Assembly: GCA_018304385.1 (NCBI GenBank)
Contig: JAGVWJ010000012.1
Span: 1 to 52,274 of the forward strand
DNA length: 52,274 nucleotides
DNA from: Candidatus Micrarchaeota archaeon
GTDB lineage: Archaea > Micrarchaeota > Micrarchaeia > Anstonellales > Bilamarchaeaceae
Direction: 5' to 3'
Part shown: positions 48,276 to 52,274 of the stretch, one piece after another
Layout: each line of letters begins with the position of its first letter
How positions within the stretch are numbered: position 1 is the first letter of the stretch
The notes under the pieces: generated by a model
What the model was told of the DNA's origin: nothing
What the model saw: the letters and a program-made list of their open reading frames with translations, nothing else
Databases searched by the model: none
Program-made: the position numbers and the translations under genes

Positions 48276-48929
48276 ATGGGTGTAACTATTCTCCTCCCAA
48301 CATATAATGAAGAAGAAAATATAGCAAAGATGATAGATAGCATTAGAAGTATCTCTAAAAAATACAAGATTACTGTGGTAGACAGCAACTCAACAGATAA
48401 TACACAAAAAATCGCAAAGTTAATGGGTGCACAAGTAATAGCAATAAATAAAAGAGGAAAGGGACTCGCAGTAAAACACGCATTGCAAAGGATAACTGAG
48501 GATTACTTAATCATAATGGATTCTGACCTTACTTACCCTGTTAAAAAAATTCCGCAATTTTTAGAATTACTAAAGAATTTTGATGTTGCTATTGGCTCAA
48601 GATTTAGAGGTAACATTGAAAATGGAGCTATGACTCCGATTAATAAATTTGGAAATATCTTCCTTACTATGCTGGCCAGTTTGACTTATGGCAAGAATAT
48701 AAGTGATGTGTGCTCTGGTATGTGGGGTTTTACGAAAAAGGCATACAAAAAAATAAGTATAAATGCACCTCATTTTGAATTAGAGGTTAATCTTTTTGTA
48801 CAATGTGTTAAAAATGGTTTACGATTTTGTGAAATCCCCATTGAATACAAAAAAAGAGGGGGCAAGACAAAACTAAGGGTAAGCGATGGGCTTAGGATTG
48901 CTGGCTATTTAGTTAGAAGGAGGTTTTAG
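48276..48929 (+). CDS. DPM1-like GT2 (polyprenol-phosphate glycosyltransferase candidate)
   Basis: PTYNEE, VDSNSTD, GKG, MDSDLTY, GSRF and DVCSG motifs. Confidence 0.88.
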   Translation: MGVTILLPTYNEEENIAKMIDSIRSISKKYKITVVDSNSTDNTQKIAKLMGAQVIAINKRGKGLAVKHALQRITEDYLIIMDSDLTYPVKKIPQFLELLKNFDVAIGSRFRGNIENGAMTPINKFGNIFLTMLASLTYGKNISDVCSGMWGFTKKAYKKISINAPHFELEVNLFVQCVKNGLRFCEIPIEYKKRGGKTKLRVSDGLRIAGYLVRRRF

Positions 48930-50195
48930 CTACCAGCAAACCCCTTCGTAATTTTTATCACTCTTTTTCTTTAGAACGTATCTGCCATCAAAAACGATTT
49001 TATCTTTGTATAATTTTTCATCATTAAACTCTTCCCATTCAGTAAGAATAAAAATAATATCTGAAAAAGCAAGTGCCCCCTTTAGCGAACTCGCATATTC
49101 TATTTTATCTCCAAATATTTTTTTCGCATTTTCATTTGCAATTGGATCATAAGCCGCGAGCTTACAGCTACTAGCTAACAGCTCATTGATTACTTTTATG
49201 CTAGGCGCTTCACGCATATCATCGCTATCTGGCTTGAACGCTAAACCAAGGATCGTAATTTTTTTATCTTTTAGTGTACCTAACTTCTTTTTTGCTAATT
49301 CAACAATCTTTAATGGCTGGTTTTCATTCACGCCTATAACCGCGTTTAGTATCTTTGGACTAACATCAACATTTTTTGCTGTGGATATTAGAGATTTGAC
49401 ATCTTTTGGAAAACAACTGCCTCCATATCCAATTCCAGCATTCAAAAACGCCCGCCCAATTCTCTTATCAATGCCAATTGCATTCATTACATCGTAAACA
49501 TCAATATTCAGCGCTTTGCAGATATTGCCAATTTCATTTGAGAAACTTATTTTCGTAGCAAGAAACGCATTGCTTGTGTATTTTATCATCTCTGCAGTTC
49601 GTAAATCAGTGCTTAAAATAGGACATTTAAAATTTTTATATAACCCGTAGACTTTTTCATAAGATTTATCATCATTTGCACCTATAATAATCCTGTCTGG
49701 ATTCATAAAATCATAAACTGCGTTGCCTTCGCGTAAAAACTCGGGGTTCATTGCGATTCCAAAATCCTTTCCGCATTTTTTTCCGCTTTCTTTTTCTAAA
49801 ATATGGATTAGGCTTTCAGTAGTTTTTGGTGGAACTGTACTTTTTACTACAACAACACAATAATCTTTTTTCGATTTCAGCTTTTTTCCAATATCTCGCG
49901 CAGCATTTTCAATATATTTTAGATCAGTACTTCCATCCTCGCGCGAAGGCGTGCCAACGCAAATAAAAATAACTTCTGCTGTTTGTGGCAACTGGTTTGT
50001 GGCATTTAGCTTTTTTCCAGCATGGTTCTTCAACAAATTCTCAAGTCCTTTTTCAAATATAGGAGCTTTCGCTTTATTAAGCATGTCAACTTTTGATTTG
50101 TCAATATCTATGCAAGTGACGTTATTGCCAAGCTCTGCGAGGCATGCGCCTGTAACAAGACCAACATAGCCAGTGCCAACTATAGTAATGTTCAT
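48930..50195 (-). CDS. ugd: UDP-glucose/GDP-mannose 6-dehydrogenase
   Basis: GTGYVGL, CVGTP, KSTVPP, NPEFLREG, GYGGSCFPKD and FKPDSDDMRE motifs. Confidence 0.94.
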   Translation of the reverse strand: MNITIVGTGYVGLVTGACLAELGNNVTCIDIDKSKVDMLNKAKAPIFEKGLENLLKNHAGKKLNATNQLPQTAEVIFICVGTPSREDGSTDLKYIENAARDIGKKLKSKKDYCVVVVKSTVPPKTTESLIHILEKESGKKCGKDFGIAMNPEFLREGNAVYDFMNPDRIIIGANDDKSYEKVYGLYKNFKCPILSTDLRTAEMIKYTSNAFLATKISFSNEIGNICKALNIDVYDVMNAIGIDKRIGRAFLNAGIGYGGSCFPKDVKSLISTAKNVDVSPKILNAVIGVNENQPLKIVELAKKKLGTLKDKKITILGLAFKPDSDDMREAPSIKVINELLASSCKLAAYDPIANENAKKIFGDKIEYASSLKGALAFSDIIFILTEWEEFNDEKLYKDKIVFDGRYVLKKKSDKNYEGVCW

Positions 50196-50228
50196 AAAAA
50201 TCATTTAGATAAATAGATTAATAACTTA

Positions 50229-51008
50229 TTATTCTTTGCCTGCAATAAGCTTGCCTTGATAATAAATCTTTCCACCATGAATATTGCATCCTATTCGAGC
50301 TGGATCTCCGTTTAGATGAATCTCGCCACCGCTCATATCCTTTCCGACATCTGGATAGGCAGATCCATGAAGTATAATTTTTCCACCAGACATGCCATCT
50401 CCAAGATTATCTAGTACATCTCCTTTGATTACCAATGTTCCGCCGCTCATATCCGAACCTGCGAATACGCCTGCATTGCCATCTAGAACAATTCTGCCTG
50501 CACGCATTTCTTGCCCTAAACCAACATCAACATTACCTGTTACGTTGACAATTTTATTATTTTCGTAACCCAGAAAACATATCCCCTCAGAAAGATGGGA
50601 TAAGTGAGATAAATCCAAATTATAATGCTTCGCACTTCCATTATTTATAAGTGCACTTAAGAAAACCCCTGCCTTAAGGTTAAAATGCGGTTCCTCTTGA
50701 AACTCTGCTAGCGCGATAGCAAATAACTGGACATCCTTGGGCGTATAAGGTAATCTGGCAAAGACTTTGACTAATGCAGATGCTTCTACATAATTCCCAA
50801 AAACCTCTGTATCAACTTCATCGCGATCATCGTAAGAATACTTAAACCTCTGCCATACTTCCTTTATTTCCTTAAGCGCTTTATTTTCTTTTACATCTGG
50901 TTTTCGAACCTCTTGTTTTGTTTCTTTTTTGTATCTTCTAAAAACATCATGGGCGCTAACTCTGGACCTCGCTTTAATTCTAGAATCAGCATTCATCGCA
51001 ATTCGCAT
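50229..51008 (-). CDS. Protein with C-terminal GXGXG (GltB/FwdC-like) beta-helix; family expanded in Micrarchaeota-like archaea
   Basis: Repeats of the form G..MSGG.I.I.G; AGVFLSALIN and LGYEN.K motifs before them. Confidence 0.7.
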   Translation of the reverse strand: MRIAMNADSRIKARSRVSAHDVFRRYKKETKQEVRKPDVKENKALKEIKEVWQRFKYSYDDRDEVDTEVFGNYVEASALVKVFARLPYTPKDVQLFAIALAEFQEEPHFNLKAGVFLSALINNGSAKHYNLDLSHLSHLSEGICFLGYENNKIVNVTGNVDVGLGQEMRAGRIVLDGNAGVFAGSDMSGGTLVIKGDVLDNLGDGMSGGKIILHGSAYPDVGKDMSGGEIHLNGDPARIGCNIHGGKIYYQGKLIAGKE

Positions 51009-51044
51009 AGAATAAGTTGTGTTAAGAAAGAAATAAAAAAGTAA

Positions 51045-51977
51045 TCAATTAGACTTCTTACCAGTAACAGCAGTAGGAAAATCAAGCCTCTTTATGTCAT
51101 GCAAACCAGCTTCCTTAAACCAGTCTATTACCTCATCAAAAGAATGCTTTGACTGATATTTTGGAGAGTACCAATCAAATGTATCGAGCAAGCGCCAATC
51201 TTTATTTTCATGTGTAGAGATAAAAGCCTTAAATGGATACCCAATTATCGGGATCCGCGTAACAGAATATATTGGCTCGACGACAAATTTACATACACTG
51301 TATAACTGTTTTCTATCCATGCGCGTAGTGGCAATTCTTAGTACATCTGTTGCTAGAAAATGGATCTTTTTTGAGTATAACCATATACTAATCCTACCAG
51401 TATTCTTTAAGAGCTTCGGAAGTTGCATAAAGGCTTCTTTGCAGTTAGGAGTATGATGAAGTACCCCTAAACTGAATACGTAATCAAAGGTATTTTCTTT
51501 AAAAGGAAGGTGAAAAACATCAGCTTGTATAAAATCAATGTCATTTCTTTTACCAAGATTTTGAAATGCTGCATCAACTGCAAAACTCAGATCAATAGCA
51601 ACAACTCTTGCACCAGCATTGCATGTGACCTCTGAATACCTGCCACTTCCGCAACCAACATCCAAAACAAGTTTATTCTTTAGGTCTTTTAGGTTAAACC
51701 CAGTAATGCGCTGAAAATGTTTAGTAGATTCATCTCTTCCAGTTTTAGAATCAAGCTGAGTACTCTTATGCGCATGCCATTCAAAGCTAAAATTATCAAC
51801 ATATAAATCCGATACAACAAAACGAGGGATATAATTCTTTATCTTATAGCTTTTTTTGCATGAACTGCATAGTAGAAAACCTTCCTTGATACCAAGCTTG
51901 TCAGATTGCTTTATTTTGCATTTCATAGACGATTTACAATCTGGACAAACAATTACTTTAAGAAGTGATTTTTTCAT
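51045..51977 (-). CDS. Trm112-like zinc ribbon fused to a class I SAM methyltransferase
   Basis: CPDC..CSSC..YKI...IPRF, then LDVGCGSGR, GVLHHTP and FDWYSP motifs. Confidence 0.9.
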   Translation of the reverse strand: MKKSLLKVIVCPDCKSSMKCKIKQSDKLGIKEGFLLCSSCKKSYKIKNYIPRFVVSDLYVDNFSFEWHAHKSTQLDSKTGRDESTKHFQRITGFNLKDLKNKLVLDVGCGSGRYSEVTCNAGARVVAIDLSFAVDAAFQNLGKRNDIDFIQADVFHLPFKENTFDYVFSLGVLHHTPNCKEAFMQLPKLLKNTGRISIWLYSKKIHFLATDVLRIATTRMDRKQLYSVCKFVVEPIYSVTRIPIIGYPFKAFISTHENKDWRLLDTFDWYSPKYQSKHSFDEVIDWFKEAGLHDIKRLDFPTAVTGKKSN

Positions 51978-52062
51978 AAAAACACGATTTATTAGTTGTA
52001 GGAATATATTTTAATCTAACTATGTATATAAATTTATCTAAACTAATTCTGCGGTAATAAAT

Positions 52063-52274
52063 ATGGTGGATGGAGATATTAATGAAGGAATTATAATTCC
52101 TGGGCAAGAGAATGAAATTCTAGAAGAAGAGAAGAAAAGGGTCGCACAACTAGTAAAAGATTTCCAAGAAAAACGAATCGAAGACGGCAGTAATAATGGC
52201 AAGGTAACATTCAATCCAATATCACTAAAACAATATCAAAAAACATATGGAATAGTTGGTAATCATAGCGGTGT
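52063..52274 (+). CDS. taw1: 5' fragment of a probable 4-demethylwyosine synthase (Taw1/TYW1 radical SAM), truncated by the window
   Basis: Not in the ORF track. MVDGDINEG...KQYQKTYGIVGNHSG(V) resembles the Taw1 N-terminal Y.IVG.HS.V motif; TATA-like TATATAAAT upstream. Confidence 0.6.
   Translation, partial: MVDGDINEGIIIPGQENEILEEEKKRVAQLVKDFQEKRIEDGSNNGKVTFNPISLKQYQKTYGIVGNHSG

Noticed and set aside
6081-50169. Numerous 60-140 aa ORFs overlapping the annotated genes
   Set aside because: Antisense or alternate-frame shadows without SD motifs or recognisable domains.
50229-51008. Formylmethanofuran dehydrogenase subunit C / methanogenesis
   Set aside because: Only generic GXGXG repeats, an unrelated N-terminus, and no fwd partners.
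1-52274. CRISPR arrays, tRNA/rRNA genes, transposases
   Set aside because: No regularly spaced repeats, cloverleaf or rRNA signatures, or transposase motifs were seen; coding density leaves little room.

Overview
This window holds a dense surface-glycan biosynthesis island of about 48 kb (roughly 2.4-52 kb, about 45 genes). The host is very probably archaeal and probably DPANN/Micrarchaeota-like. Evidence for that: GGTG-type Shine-Dalgarno motifs, TATA-like promoters, a partial Taw1/TYW1-like gene at the right edge, a FwdC/GltB-like beta-helix protein and a 'DIS' HEAT-repeat protein. The island encodes (i) a legionaminic-acid-type nonulosonate module with an acetamidino-modifying amidotransferase plus HisF/HisH paralogues and a KpsS-like transferase; (ii) Gmd, a perosamine-type aminotransferase and a sugar N-formyltransferase; (iii) a CDP-glucose-derived C-methyl-branched deoxysugar module; (iv) both the alpha/GDP and the beta/ADP manno-heptose routes, with two GT9 heptosyltransferases normally tied to bacterial LPS; (v) UDP-xylose and uronic-acid enzymes, two large GT-C-like membrane proteins and a DPM1-like GT2; (vi) six methyltransferases. 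Manual reading found things the ORF track misses: a >516-aa Asp-Ala-Gly-repeat/DUF2341-like surface protein running off the left edge, the true N-terminus of a frameshifted deoxyhypusine-synthase-fold gene beside the heptose operon, a frameshifted HEAT gene, a probable in-frame deletion in a radical SAM gene, a nucleotidyltransferase that has lost its N-terminus next to an inverted C-methyltransferase, a T-shaped palindrome, and a leader with mutually exclusive folds before the hisF/hisH paralogues. No CRISPR array, tRNA, rRNA, transposase or recombinase was seen. All family calls come from motif recognition by eye; no database search was run.
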